Part shown: positions 9,145 through 18,633 of the stretch, one piece after another
Position numbering within the stretch: the first letter of the stretch is position 1
Layout of the letters: every line of letters starts with the position of its first letter
Origin: Nitrosopumilaceae archaeon
Lineage (GTDB): Archaea > Thermoproteota > Nitrososphaeria > Nitrososphaerales > Nitrosopumilaceae
Assembly: GCA_052389415.1 (NCBI GenBank)
Contig: JBQTHX010000055.1
Location: 31,714-95,713 of the forward strand
DNA: 64,000 nucleotides
Reading direction: 5' to 3'
Made by a program: the position numbers and the translations under genes
Notes under the pieces: generated by a model
What the model was told of the DNA's origin: nothing
Seen by the model: only the letters and a program-made list of their open reading frames with translations
Database searches by the model: none

Positions 9145-11270
9145 TATGACACACTTTGGAGTTGTGCTTTGATATTTTCCGCCAGAGTTGAACCTATCTT
9201 GTCTATTTTTGCCAGGTCTTTAATTGATATTTTTGACAGATCATGAAGATTTTTGATTCCATTCTTGTATAATATACGCGAACGTATCCTACCTACCCCG
9301 CGTATCCTAATCAGATCAAGAAGTTCCTCCTTGATTCCATAAGAAATTCTTTGTCTGAGAATATTCAATTCGTCAAGAAGATCGTCTCGTGATTCCAGTT
9401 TAGCAAGCTCATATAATGAATAAACAAGCCAATCCGAAGTTTCTACCATTCTATGCATATCACCTGATTCTACTCCAAAATTATCTGAAAGAAAGATCTC
9501 GTTTGATTCATTTATCCATGCATGCATTGCCAAAAGACTTCGTGAACATTCGTACTCTGAGATAGGCTCGATTAATTCCGATACATGATTTTCAATTAAT
9601 GTACTAATAATTTCATAATCTTTGTTACGTAAGGAAAATTTAGGAAAGAAATCTTCACAGTTTGTTATGACATGAAGAAATCCAAAAGTATGATTTTTAC
9701 GCTTTGAAGTTTTTTGTAAAGATTTTCTGAAAGAAACCGCGGTTAGTGGATCAATGTAAAGCATTGAGGTTTTTTTACCAAATTCAGTTGCTACAAACCT
9801 TTCCCCCTTTTCTTTTATCAGATCTTCTAGTGCAAGATAATCTAATGTAATTTGAATTTTGAATTTTATGGTTGGTTTTCTTATTTGAGAACCAGCAAGA
9901 GTTTCTATAAAAAAATCTATCAGTTCGTCCTTTTTTATTCCTGGATTTGAAGAGACTAAACTCAAAACATGCGTTCTAAGTGCCTTGTCATCAGTGAGTT
10001 TTGATGATATTGGTTCTGGAGTTCCATTTACATAAAAATCAAAGAGATCGTCACTGTTTGAGTTTCCAACAATTATTGCTTCACCAAAGTTGTCATATTG
10101 CGGCCTTCCTGCTCTGCCACAAAGCTGTTTGTATTCAAGAACGCTGATAGGCTTGTTTAATCCACTTTTTGTGTCATATCTATTAATGTTTGAGATAATC
10201 ACACGTCTTGCTGGTAGATTTACTCCTGCAGCAAGAGTTGGAGTCGAGGCAAGTAACTTGATTTTCCTATTTCTGAATTCTGATTCTATTGTTTCACGAC
10301 ATTTCTGATTAAGACCAGCATGATGAAATGCTACCCCTTTTTTTATTAGCGTAGCGAGATTTTTTACAATTTCCGTATGTTCGTTAGATTCAAGAATTTT
10401 TTGTGATATCTTGTCAAGTTCGTTTTTTTCATCTTTGTTTAGATTTTTATTAATGACATCAGCTGCTTTGGCCGCAAGTATAGCGGAGCGAGCCCTAGTC
10501 TCTGCAAATAGAATTGTTTGCCCACCGTTTTTTATAGAATCTATGCCAAGATCTACTGAAGGCCCCCTTATGGTATTCTCAACTTCAAATTTCTTTCCGT
10601 TCTGCATGATTACAGTACCATCATCATAAACACCTTCCCATAATGGAATTGGTCGCCAATTATTTTCTACCAAATCACATCCCAGCCATACTGCAATTTC
10701 TGTAGCGTTTGTAACTGTTGCACTTAATGCAAGAATTTGTGGCTTTTGTGTCATTAATTTTAGTTTTGTTAAAATGATTTCAAGAGTGGGACCTCGATCC
10801 TGATCTCCAAGAAGATGTACTTCATCTACAATAACAAGACTTATGTTGTTGATCCATTCTGCCCCGTGTCGTATTAGCGAATCCATTTTTTCATTTGTAA
10901 GTACAATTACATCGTTTTGACCTAGATTTTTGTCGGCCTCATCAAATTCTCCGGTGGATATCTGGATCTTAATTTTTCTACCAAAATCTATCAAATTCAA
11001 ATTTTGAAATTCAGAAAACTTTTCTGCAGATAAAGCACGAAGCGGGTTAAGATACACTACTTTACCATTTTTCTTAAAGAGATGATTCATGATGGCAAAG
11101 ATTGCTATTAGCGTTTTTCCGCTAGCAGTAGGTGAAGATACAAGGACACTTTTTCCATCCAGAATACCTGCCTTTACACTATCTTCTTGAGGAGGATAAA
11201 GTTCTCCATATCCCATCTTTTCTAAAAATTCAATTGCTGGTTTTGGTAATTTGAGTTCCGATATTTTCAT
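9144..11270 (-). CDS. hel308: Hel308/Hjm Ski2-like DNA helicase
   Basis: SPTASGKT, DEVH, FHHAGL, TPTLAAGVNLPA, GRAGRP, C-terminal HhH. Confidence 0.93.
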   Translation of the reverse strand: MKISELKLPKPAIEFLEKMGYGELYPPQEDSVKAGILDGKSVLVSSPTASGKTLIAIFAIMNHLFKKNGKVVYLNPLRALSAEKFSEFQNLNLIDFGRKIKIQISTGEFDEADKNLGQNDVIVLTNEKMDSLIRHGAEWINNISLVIVDEVHLLGDQDRGPTLEIILTKLKLMTQKPQILALSATVTNATEIAVWLGCDLVENNWRPIPLWEGVYDDGTVIMQNGKKFEVENTIRGPSVDLGIDSIKNGGQTILFAETRARSAILAAKAADVINKNLNKDEKNELDKISQKILESNEHTEIVKNLATLIKKGVAFHHAGLNQKCRETIESEFRNRKIKLLASTPTLAAGVNLPARRVIISNINRYDTKSGLNKPISVLEYKQLCGRAGRPQYDNFGEAIIVGNSNSDDLFDFYVNGTPEPISSKLTDDKALRTHVLSLVSSNPGIKKDELIDFFIETLAGSQIRKPTIKFKIQITLDYLALEDLIKEKGERFVATEFGKKTSMLYIDPLTAVSFRKSLQKTSKRKNHTFGFLHVITNCEDFFPKFSLRNKDYEIISTLIENHVSELIEPISEYECSRSLLAMHAWINESNEIFLSDNFGVESGDMHRMVETSDWLVYSLYELAKLESRDDLLDELNILRQRISYGIKEELLDLIRIRGVGRIRSRILYKNGIKNLHDLSKISIKDLAKIDKIGSTLAENIKAQLQSVS

Positions 11271-13351
11271 ACACGGTTATAATGACCGGGTTTTGATTCA
11301 TAAATAGCTGACTCACGTTGAAGTTTTTTAATATATTTGCGTGCTTCTTCTTCTGTAAATTTACCTGTTTTTATTAGCTCTTTAACAAATGTTTTTTCTT
11401 CAACGGGTCGTTTTTCATCTCCTTCAAGAGACTTCATAACGTCCATGAATAGTTGCATTTTTGATACCTCACTATGAGGTTTTCCTTGCAGTACACCCAA
11501 ATCAACCTGACCAGTATTGACATCTACTCCAGCATCCTGTAACATGCTTTCAATTAAGAAAATAGCACGTTCCGCATCTTCTGCATCCACTTGATCTTTC
11601 ATCAGCAACCTTGCCCTAGCAGTGGATAGTCTTATCAATCCCTCAAGTTGTCTGGGAGTCACAGTTATCATACCTTCAGATTCTACATTTCTCATTTTCA
11701 TGTAATATTCAAGAATTTTGTCTTCAGCTTCTTTTGTTAAAACAGGGTCTATTTTTTTGACATATGATAGATATTTTGTAAGTATGTCTACGTCAATGAG
11801 TGATTTAGTATCCGCTGGTGAGCTTCTATGAAGATTTAGTATGTGTCTTGCTATTCTAGTATCCTTCTCTTTTGATGGAACATCTCTAACTACAAAAATA
11901 AGATCAAATCTTGTAAGCAATGGAATTGGCAAATTTACATTTTCTGTAATGTTCTTGAAGGGATCATATTTTCCATACATCGGGTTGGCAGCTGCCAAAA
12001 TCGATGTTCTTGCATTCAGTGTAGCTACGATACCACCCTTTGCAATACTTGCAGATTGTTGTTCCATTACTTCGTGTAATGCACTTCGATCTTCTGGTTT
12101 CATCTTATCAAATTCATCAATACAAACTAAACCTTGGTCCCCAAGGACAACCGCTCCTGCTTCTAACATCATTATTCCAATTTTATCTCGAACAACTGCA
12201 GCGGTAAGTCCAGCAGCAGTTGAACCTCTACCAGAGGTGTATAATCCTCTAGGAGCAATTCTTGCACAGAATTTTAACATTTCACTTTTTGCGGTACCGG
12301 GATCTCCAACAAGAAAAATGTTGATGTCACCACGAATTTTTGTACCGTCTGTTAGAATTCTCTGTGTCGAACCTACAATCAAGAGTAAAATTGCTTCTTT
12401 GATGATGTCTTGACCGCTAATGTGTGGAGCAAATGATGCAACTAGTCTTTCATAATTGTCAGCGTTCTTTGCAAGTGATTTGATAATTTTTTCTTCATCA
12501 ATGGATATTTCTTCACGTTCTATACTTCTGGAAGTTTTTGTTCCTCGACCACCAAGGAATTCAATATTATTACCTTGAATTCTTAATCTATAGATCCCAC
12601 TTTTGCCTCGCATGGAGGGTATATGTTCTTGTTCAATTCGTACTATTCCAGTTAGAATGATACGATCACCTGGTCTTGCATTGTCAACAAGATCCTGTAA
12701 TACTGTAACATCAACATAATGAGGCAATTGACCTGGCGGTAAATCTTCTGGCAATTCCTGCAATCTAACCATTTGAAAATCGATAAATCTACTTTCTTCT
12801 GGATTAAGCTCTAGATCTTTATGAGTACACTTTCCATCATCACATTTTAGCGGTTCATTAAATTCGAGTCCCTTCTCTTGAACTCTCTTAGTTCTATGAC
12901 CTTCTGGACAAACATATACCAATTCTTTTGCAAGTGGTTTTATTTCCGATGATCTAACTACCATGCCAGATACGCTAGTCATCTTCCCAATTACTTCAGC
13001 GTTTATCTCACGCAAACTGCGTTGAGCAGGATAATTTGCAATTCTTACTCTAACATCATGTTGAATTTTTTCAGCGTACTGTGGAAATCTTTCTTTTAGA
13101 ATATCTTTGATTGCAGTTGCAAATACAAGTAGCATTTCATCGGGTTTTGTATTAAAAACAGATTCTATTTCAGGATGAGATACTAGATCATTATAATCAA
13201 CTACGAGATATTGTACTTTCTTTGCCATCATCTGGTCTATTTCTTCTACATACTTGTAAGCCCCTGACTTGTCTTTGAATTGAACCAAGAAGTCTTTTAC
13301 TTGATCAAGACGTTTTCCTTCAGATGATACCGATTCTGAAACTAGCGTCAT
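11267..13351 (-). CDS. mcm: Replicative helicase MCM
   Basis: GDPGTAKS, IDEFDKM MCM box, TRFDLIF, ITVTPRQLE; no intein seen. Confidence 0.97.
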   Translation of the reverse strand: MTLVSESVSSEGKRLDQVKDFLVQFKDKSGAYKYVEEIDQMMAKKVQYLVVDYNDLVSHPEIESVFNTKPDEMLLVFATAIKDILKERFPQYAEKIQHDVRVRIANYPAQRSLREINAEVIGKMTSVSGMVVRSSEIKPLAKELVYVCPEGHRTKRVQEKGLEFNEPLKCDDGKCTHKDLELNPEESRFIDFQMVRLQELPEDLPPGQLPHYVDVTVLQDLVDNARPGDRIILTGIVRIEQEHIPSMRGKSGIYRLRIQGNNIEFLGGRGTKTSRSIEREEISIDEEKIIKSLAKNADNYERLVASFAPHISGQDIIKEAILLLIVGSTQRILTDGTKIRGDINIFLVGDPGTAKSEMLKFCARIAPRGLYTSGRGSTAAGLTAAVVRDKIGIMMLEAGAVVLGDQGLVCIDEFDKMKPEDRSALHEVMEQQSASIAKGGIVATLNARTSILAAANPMYGKYDPFKNITENVNLPIPLLTRFDLIFVVRDVPSKEKDTRIARHILNLHRSSPADTKSLIDVDILTKYLSYVKKIDPVLTKEAEDKILEYYMKMRNVESEGMITVTPRQLEGLIRLSTARARLLMKDQVDAEDAERAIFLIESMLQDAGVDVNTGQVDLGVLQGKPHSEVSKMQLFMDVMKSLEGDEKRPVEEKTFVKELIKTGKFTEEEARKYIKKLQRESAIYESKPGHYNRV

Positions 13352-13863
13352 CTTTTATCACCTAAGATCTGTTTTTGAAATTCTAAACTTTGTGTATGTA
13401 TAGCGTCAAATAAAACACGTTCTTCTATCGATAATTTTTTTGCAAGATCTGTTGTCATTTTTGATGAATTTGCCAATCCAATTATTTTTCCTTGTCTTTT
13501 TCTAACAAGAGTGTTTAACATACTTTCTACTTTATCCTTATCCTGTTGTGGAAGTCTTTTCATGTAAGAACGCACCTTAATGTAAAAATCGATTTCTAGA
13601 GTGGATAGATCAAAATCACCTTGGACATTTTCCTTGACTAGAGCTTGTTTTAGGGCCACTATCATATCCATGTCCTGCACGTCTACAAGTTTATCATAAG
13701 CAAGAATGTCTGCTACCCATCTTGGTATGCTAACAATTTCTCCATGTTTTGCGTCGATGGAAACATCTGATGCCTCGACTTTGATATCATGATTAAATGT
13801 AACTTTAACATCTTGTAATCCATATCCTAAAGTGTGCACTTGGATAAGTTCTGAAATCTCCAT
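13348..13863 (-). CDS. GINS complex subunit (Gins23-like)
   Basis: IPRWVA motif, overlap with the mcm start, conserved gins-mcm operon. Confidence 0.85.
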   Translation of the reverse strand: MEISELIQVHTLGYGLQDVKVTFNHDIKVEASDVSIDAKHGEIVSIPRWVADILAYDKLVDVQDMDMIVALKQALVKENVQGDFDLSTLEIDFYIKVRSYMKRLPQQDKDKVESMLNTLVRKRQGKIIGLANSSKMTTDLAKKLSIEERVLFDAIHTQSLEFQKQILGDKR

Positions 13864-13982
13864 TGTGCATGAAACTCCATCCTAGGATTTAATGGGATCG
13901 ATCGATCAATTCCTTTAACAACTAGCTTTGATCATTTGATCTTAGCCGTAATTTTATTAGTGAGAGAGAAAGGTAACAGCGT

Positions 13983-14936
13983 ATGACTGGAAATATAATG
14001 TGGGTGGAAAAATATCGACCCCTAAAGCTTTCTTCTATAATAAATCAAAAAGAGGTGATTGGCAGCTTAAAAGCGCTTTTAAAAAATACGCCTGAAATAC
14101 CCCATCTTATGTTTTCCGGTTCAGCAGGAGTTGGCAAAACCACTGCTGCCATGTGTCTAGCATATGAAATACTTGGGGAATATTGGAAAGACCACACTCT
14201 TGAACTTAATGCGTCTGATGAGCGAGGGATAAACATGGTAAGGGACAGAGTAAAAAAATTTGCCAGGTTTTCAGGGCTGAATACAAAAATTCCATTTAAA
14301 ATAATCATTTTAGACGAAGCCGATGAAATGACATCCGATGCACAAACAGCATTGCGTAGAATTATTGAAGACACAGCAAAATATTGTAGGTTTATTTTAA
14401 TCGCTAATAACATATCAAAGATTATAGAACCACTCCAAAGTAGATGTGCAGTATTCAAGTTCACAAGAATTTCGCAAGAGGAAGTGGTCTCACACCTAGA
14501 AGAAATTTGTAAAAAAGAAAAAGTAAAGTTTGACCAAAAAGGACTAGAAATGATAAATAGTTATTCGGAAGGTGATATGCGTCACGCCATAAATATTTTG
14601 CAGGCAGTAGCGAGTCTTGGAATTGTAAACGAATCTAATGTAAAGATGTCAGCTGGTCTTTCAAAAATAAATGATGTGGGCGAAATTCTTAAACTAGCAA
14701 TTTCGGGAAGGCTATCTGATGCCAGAAATAAAATGATCGAATTGATCAAGGTATATGGGATGTCGGAATCAGATTTTCTAAAATATCTAAACGACGAGTC
14801 TTACAAGATAAAGACTGGAAAACTGGATGAAATTATAGAAGTAATTGCAAAATATGATTATAGATTAATTATAGGTGCAAATCCAGAAATTCAGCTTTCT
14901 GCACTTTTAGCAGAACTTGGTAGAATAGGAAAATAA
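13983..14936 (+). CDS. rfcS: Replication factor C small subunit
   Basis: WVEKYRP, GSAGVGKT, ELNASDERG, DEAD, SRC. Confidence 0.96.
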   Translation: MTGNIMWVEKYRPLKLSSIINQKEVIGSLKALLKNTPEIPHLMFSGSAGVGKTTAAMCLAYEILGEYWKDHTLELNASDERGINMVRDRVKKFARFSGLNTKIPFKIIILDEADEMTSDAQTALRRIIEDTAKYCRFILIANNISKIIEPLQSRCAVFKFTRISQEEVVSHLEEICKKEKVKFDQKGLEMINSYSEGDMRHAINILQAVASLGIVNESNVKMSAGLSKINDVGEILKLAISGRLSDARNKMIELIKVYGMSESDFLKYLNDESYKIKTGKLDEIIEVIAKYDYRLIIGANPEIQLSALLAELGRIGK

Positions 14937-15020
14937 CGCAGAGAGAGGGATTTGAACCCCCGAGTGCTTGCGCACATAGGCTCTCAAGGCCCACGCCATG
15001 CCGGGCTAGGCGACCTCTGC
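14937..15020 (-). tRNA. tRNA-Ser(TGA)
   Basis: GCAGAGG...TGGGC-CTTGAGA-GCCTA, long variable arm, GTTCAAATC...TCTCTGCG. Confidence 0.93.
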
Positions 15021-15102
15021 GAATTTGCTTCATAAAGACTAGTTAAAATTTGTTTAAGATCATCATTAGGATGATAAAACTAGTTCATAGAGGGTCTGAA
15101 GG

Positions 15103-15930
15103 TCATGCACTAATTATGCCAGTTTTAACCAGATATTGGATTCCATTAGCAAAGGTTTTGTCATCGATTTCGCCGATGGACCACCATTTGGCGTTGTTTC
15201 TTATCCAGTCAGGAATTTTAACTTCTTTACTTGGTTCGTTATTTTCTGCTAGAGGAATTCTGATAATTCCTTCTTTTATCATAAATTGAATTCCGCCTGC
15301 GAATGTTTTGTCATCGATTTCGCCGTTGGACCACCATTTGGCGTTGTTTTTAACCCAAATAGGAATGACTATTTCTTCAGGAATTTCTTGCATCAGCTCA
15401 CCTATCTGAATTTCTTTATGGAAGACAATCTCTTTATCAATAAATTGTGCCGGAGAATCTATGGATATAACAGTAGCTTCTATATTATAGGATCCATCAG
15501 TTAGAACATTCTGTCTTGCAATAATTTTGCTACCAAATTCACTCATATAGCCTCCCAAATACGTTTCCTGAGGGGCCTGAACAACAATCCTAGGCTTATC
15601 AAATAATTGATGTTTGAAATCGATTTCGATCTGTCCATTTTTATCATAAAAGAGAGCATTGATAAGCGGTGCTTCTAAGCCTTTTTGGATAGCCAGCTTT
15701 ATTGTCACATGTTGAAAATTTTTCTTATTGGTCTCATCATAAAGAATAATTTTTAAACTAAAATCTTGTTTTGGATCAATTTTTTCCGGAACTACAAAAT
15801 TCATTGTCGGTTTCCTATCTCCAAGTGTAGCCGGATGAACGTGAGGATCTTTGTTCTCCATTTGTGCAAATGTCGTTATCCATGTTTCAGAAATTAAAAT
15901 TATTGACAACACCAATACAATTTTTTTCAA
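15103..15930 (-). CDS. Secreted protein with two C-terminal thaumarchaeal IPxW(I/V)(K/R)NNAKWW repeats
   Basis: Signal peptide; two copies of IP.W..NNAKWWS.GEIDDKTFA.GIQ. Confidence 0.85.
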   Translation of the reverse strand: MKKIVLVLSIILISETWITTFAQMENKDPHVHPATLGDRKPTMNFVVPEKIDPKQDFSLKIILYDETNKKNFQHVTIKLAIQKGLEAPLINALFYDKNGQIEIDFKHQLFDKPRIVVQAPQETYLGGYMSEFGSKIIARQNVLTDGSYNIEATVISIDSPAQFIDKEIVFHKEIQIGELMQEIPEEIVIPIWVKNNAKWWSNGEIDDKTFAGGIQFMIKEGIIRIPLAENNEPSKEVKIPDWIRNNAKWWSIGEIDDKTFANGIQYLVKTGIISA

Positions 15931-16011
15931 TGCGAGATTTGAGATATCATGAACATTTATTAGTTTTTAGGTATCGCCAATGTTTATATCTTTAAAATGA
16001 AAATTTAATTC

Positions 16012-16284
16012 GTGCCTGAAAACAGATTGAAATCAATTTCCATATTTATACCTGAGAATATAGTTTGCACAACTTTAGAAAAAATTGGGTTTCTACAAAC
16101 AGATAGTGTAACTACATCAAGTGACGGAAAGTTTTGGAAAAAGATACTATATGTAAAAGGAGAGGAAGTGATTTCTGTATCAGAAGAGCTTGGGGATTAT
16201 TGGCCCAAAGACCCTGTTATATCAATATGTGGTTTACCCGACACAATTAAGACTATCCTAGGAGATTTGGATGCCGTCATTTGA
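16012..16284 (+). CDS. Hypothetical protein
   Basis: 90-aa ORF overlapping the next gene. Confidence 0.55.
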   Translation: MPENRLKSISIFIPENIVCTTLEKIGFLQTDSVTTSSDGKFWKKILYVKGEEVISVSEELGDYWPKDPVISICGLPDTIKTILGDLDAVI

Positions 16285-16828
16285 ATGCAATGAAACCCAG
16301 TTTATTGAAAATATTAGCCGTATTCTGGATTCTGAAAATAAATTCGTTGTAAACAGGCGAGTCCAGGTTTATGATGATAAACGATATGGACCAGCTGGAA
16401 TGCCTGATGAAGTATTTAATCAATTTTCATCAATCCTTTCGAGAAAAGGTCAGAGAACGTCAGTATACGCAAAAACACACTTTCTAGATGATTATCATCA
16501 CAAGATCTATTTTTTGCAAGACATGGTTCATTCTTCCTCTAAGATGAAGTACCCAGTTTTGCACATTCCTTATTACAAAGTAGAGTATTCCTTTAGAATT
16601 TTTGGCAGCTCATATCATCACAGCTTTGATGTGTTGTTCAAACCAAAAATTTCAATTGAACAGAAAAAGATTGTGAAAAAAATGAATCCAAAAATAGAGG
16701 AAGAATCAGTAATGCTAATTTATGTTCTGCAATTTGAACCTCCAAGTGAAAAAATGCTTGTAATTAATCTTCCAAAGAAAGTATTAATATTAGATTTTAA
16801 GAAATCAAATAATCCTCTAGAGAATTGA
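16271..16828 (+). CDS. Hypothetical protein
   Basis: 185-aa ORF, operon-like overlap. Confidence 0.65.
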   Translation: MPSFECNETQFIENISRILDSENKFVVNRRVQVYDDKRYGPAGMPDEVFNQFSSILSRKGQRTSVYAKTHFLDDYHHKIYFLQDMVHSSSKMKYPVLHIPYYKVEYSFRIFGSSYHHSFDVLFKPKISIEQKKIVKKMNPKIEEESVMLIYVLQFEPPSEKMLVINLPKKVLILDFKKSNNPLEN

Positions 16829-16853
16829 ATTAAAAATAAAGGAAGAGAGTAGT

Positions 16854-17402
16854 TTAGTGATGTGCGTGTGGATTTGCAGAGCCAACATCCATCTTTGTAT
16901 ATGTTCCTGCTGCTTTTTCATGATATTCCAGATTTGACTGGTCTACTTTGATTGCTAGTGGCGGACAAACAGAAACACATGCCATGCACCAAATGCAGTC
17001 ATGTTCTCTAATTGGATCTGCCTTGTCTGAGCGATCTAATTTTTCTTCTTTTACAGTTTTACCAGTTCCAGCAAATGTTTCGTTAATTGCTTGTATTGCT
17101 GGAATATCCTTTTCTGTTCTATACCATTGAAAAACTTGTACCGGACAAGCTTCAATGCATGCACCATCTCCGACACAAGAATCCCAGTCTACTGCGACCA
17201 TTGTGCCACTAACACCAATTGGAACTAACTCTTCACCATGTGCTTTGTATGCTTCTATGCATGCAGGGTCTTCTGCTGCTTCAGCTTTTCTACCCGGACC
17301 CCATACAAAGTGAAAGTGTTCCCCATCAGTGTGTTTTATTTTTCCAATTACCTCATACCCTTTTGGAAAAGTCTCTACGATTGGCATGAAAATTTGAGAC
17401 AC
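16854..17402 (-). CDS. Dicluster ferredoxin with N-terminal extension (zinc-ferredoxin/Zfx-like)
   Basis: VDWDSCVGDGACIEACP and CIWCMACVSVCP; VWGPG extension. Confidence 0.9.
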   Translation of the reverse strand: MSQIFMPIVETFPKGYEVIGKIKHTDGEHFHFVWGPGRKAEAAEDPACIEAYKAHGEELVPIGVSGTMVAVDWDSCVGDGACIEACPVQVFQWYRTEKDIPAIQAINETFAGTGKTVKEEKLDRSDKADPIREHDCIWCMACVSVCPPLAIKVDQSNLEYHEKAAGTYTKMDVGSANPHAHH

Positions 17403-17438
17403 AATATGTTATTTAAACCTAAACAAAATTAGTTCAAA

Positions 17439-17885
17439 CTAATTAAGACGTGTAATCTCTTTTTGATGAATCTCTACGTTTGCCTGATCAACCTTTATTG
17501 CTTTTGTAGGACAAACTTCAACGCACGCCATGCACCATATGCAATCACCCTCTTTGACAGGATTTGCTTTATCAGTGTAGTCACACCGATCTCTTCTTAA
17601 TATTTTTCCAGGATTTTTATACCACTCAAATACTTTTACTGGGCAACTCATAAGGCAGATTCCATCTGCTATACACGAGTCCCAATCTACTGCCACAAAA
17701 GTTCCATGAATTCCTATTGGTTTAATTTCTTCATTTATTTTGGCATAGTCTGCTTTCACATTTTCGTCAGAAGAAGCTTCTGCTAATCGGCCTGGACCCC
17801 ATACGAGATGGTAATTTTCGCTTAGTGGATCCTTGAATTTACCTAAAACTGTATGGTTTTTTGGAAAGTCTGAATCAATTGGCAA
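17439..17885 (-). CDS. Dicluster ferredoxin, tandem paralog (Zfx-like)
   Basis: GIHGTFVAVDWDSCIADGICLMSCP and CIWCMACVEVCP. Confidence 0.9.
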   Translation of the reverse strand: MPIDSDFPKNHTVLGKFKDPLSENYHLVWGPGRLAEASSDENVKADYAKINEEIKPIGIHGTFVAVDWDSCIADGICLMSCPVKVFEWYKNPGKILRRDRCDYTDKANPVKEGDCIWCMACVEVCPTKAIKVDQANVEIHQKEITRLN

Positions 17886-17961
17886 TTGTAGTTCAACTTT
17901 TGTTGAGCAATTAAAATGTATTTAAGATAAATTCATATCTTCACCGTCTTGTTTTTATTTA

Positions 17962-18633
17962 ATGGGTATTTTCAAATACGACATTTATCGGAGTCCAAAC
18001 ATAGGAATTTTCAGCAAAGCTAATGATAGTTTTGTTTTTATTCCAAATGGATTTGCAACAACAAAAGCAAAAAACCTAGCAGAGTTCCTAAAAACAGATT
18101 ATATCTTCACTTCTGTTGCAAACACAAGACTACTTGGACCTCTTATGGTAATTAACAATAATGGAATAATGTTGCCTCGTACTGCATTAGATGAAGAAGT
18201 TTCCTATTTGAAAAAATCGACAGGGCTTAACGTTGAAATATTAGATACAAAACATAATGCACTTGGAAATCTGATTTGTGTCAATGACAAAGGGGGAATA
18301 ATGTCACCTATGATTCCATCTGAATTTGTGAAAAAAGTTGAAGACGTTCTAGGAATAGAAATTGTTCAGAGGAGAATAGCTAGATATCATCAGGCAGGTG
18401 CCATGGCTGTTGCTACCTCAAATGGCGGGATAGTTCATCCAGATACTGAAGAAAGTGACATTAAATTGATATCAGAAGTATTAGGAGTAGAACTAGAAGC
18501 CGCAACGATAAATGGAGGAATACCATTTGTTGCCTCGGGAATTTTGGCAAACAACAAATCCCTTGTAGTAGGCACGTTAACAAACGGGCCGGAGCTTGTC
18601 ATGTTAACGAGGGCATTTAAAGTCAAAGATTAG
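17962..18633 (+). CDS. eif6: Translation initiation factor aIF-6
   Basis: SPNIGIF, ALGNLICVND, TINGG, ASGILAN, TNGPEL. Confidence 0.92.
   Translation: MGIFKYDIYRSPNIGIFSKANDSFVFIPNGFATTKAKNLAEFLKTDYIFTSVANTRLLGPLMVINNNGIMLPRTALDEEVSYLKKSTGLNVEILDTKHNALGNLICVNDKGGIMSPMIPSEFVKKVEDVLGIEIVQRRIARYHQAGAMAVATSNGGIVHPDTEESDIKLISEVLGVELEAATINGGIPFVASGILANNKSLVVGTLTNGPELVMLTRAFKVKD

Noticed and set aside
11841-12413. Long antisense ORFs (also 21502-21966, 22207-22680, 24251-24700, 41317-41757, 54177-54632)
   Set aside because: Shadow frames opposite well-conserved genes, with low-information Ser/Ile-rich translations.
15155-15349. Diversity-generating retroelement TR/VR pair
   Set aside because: Only one mismatch, both copies are inside one ORF, and no reverse transcriptase is present in the window.
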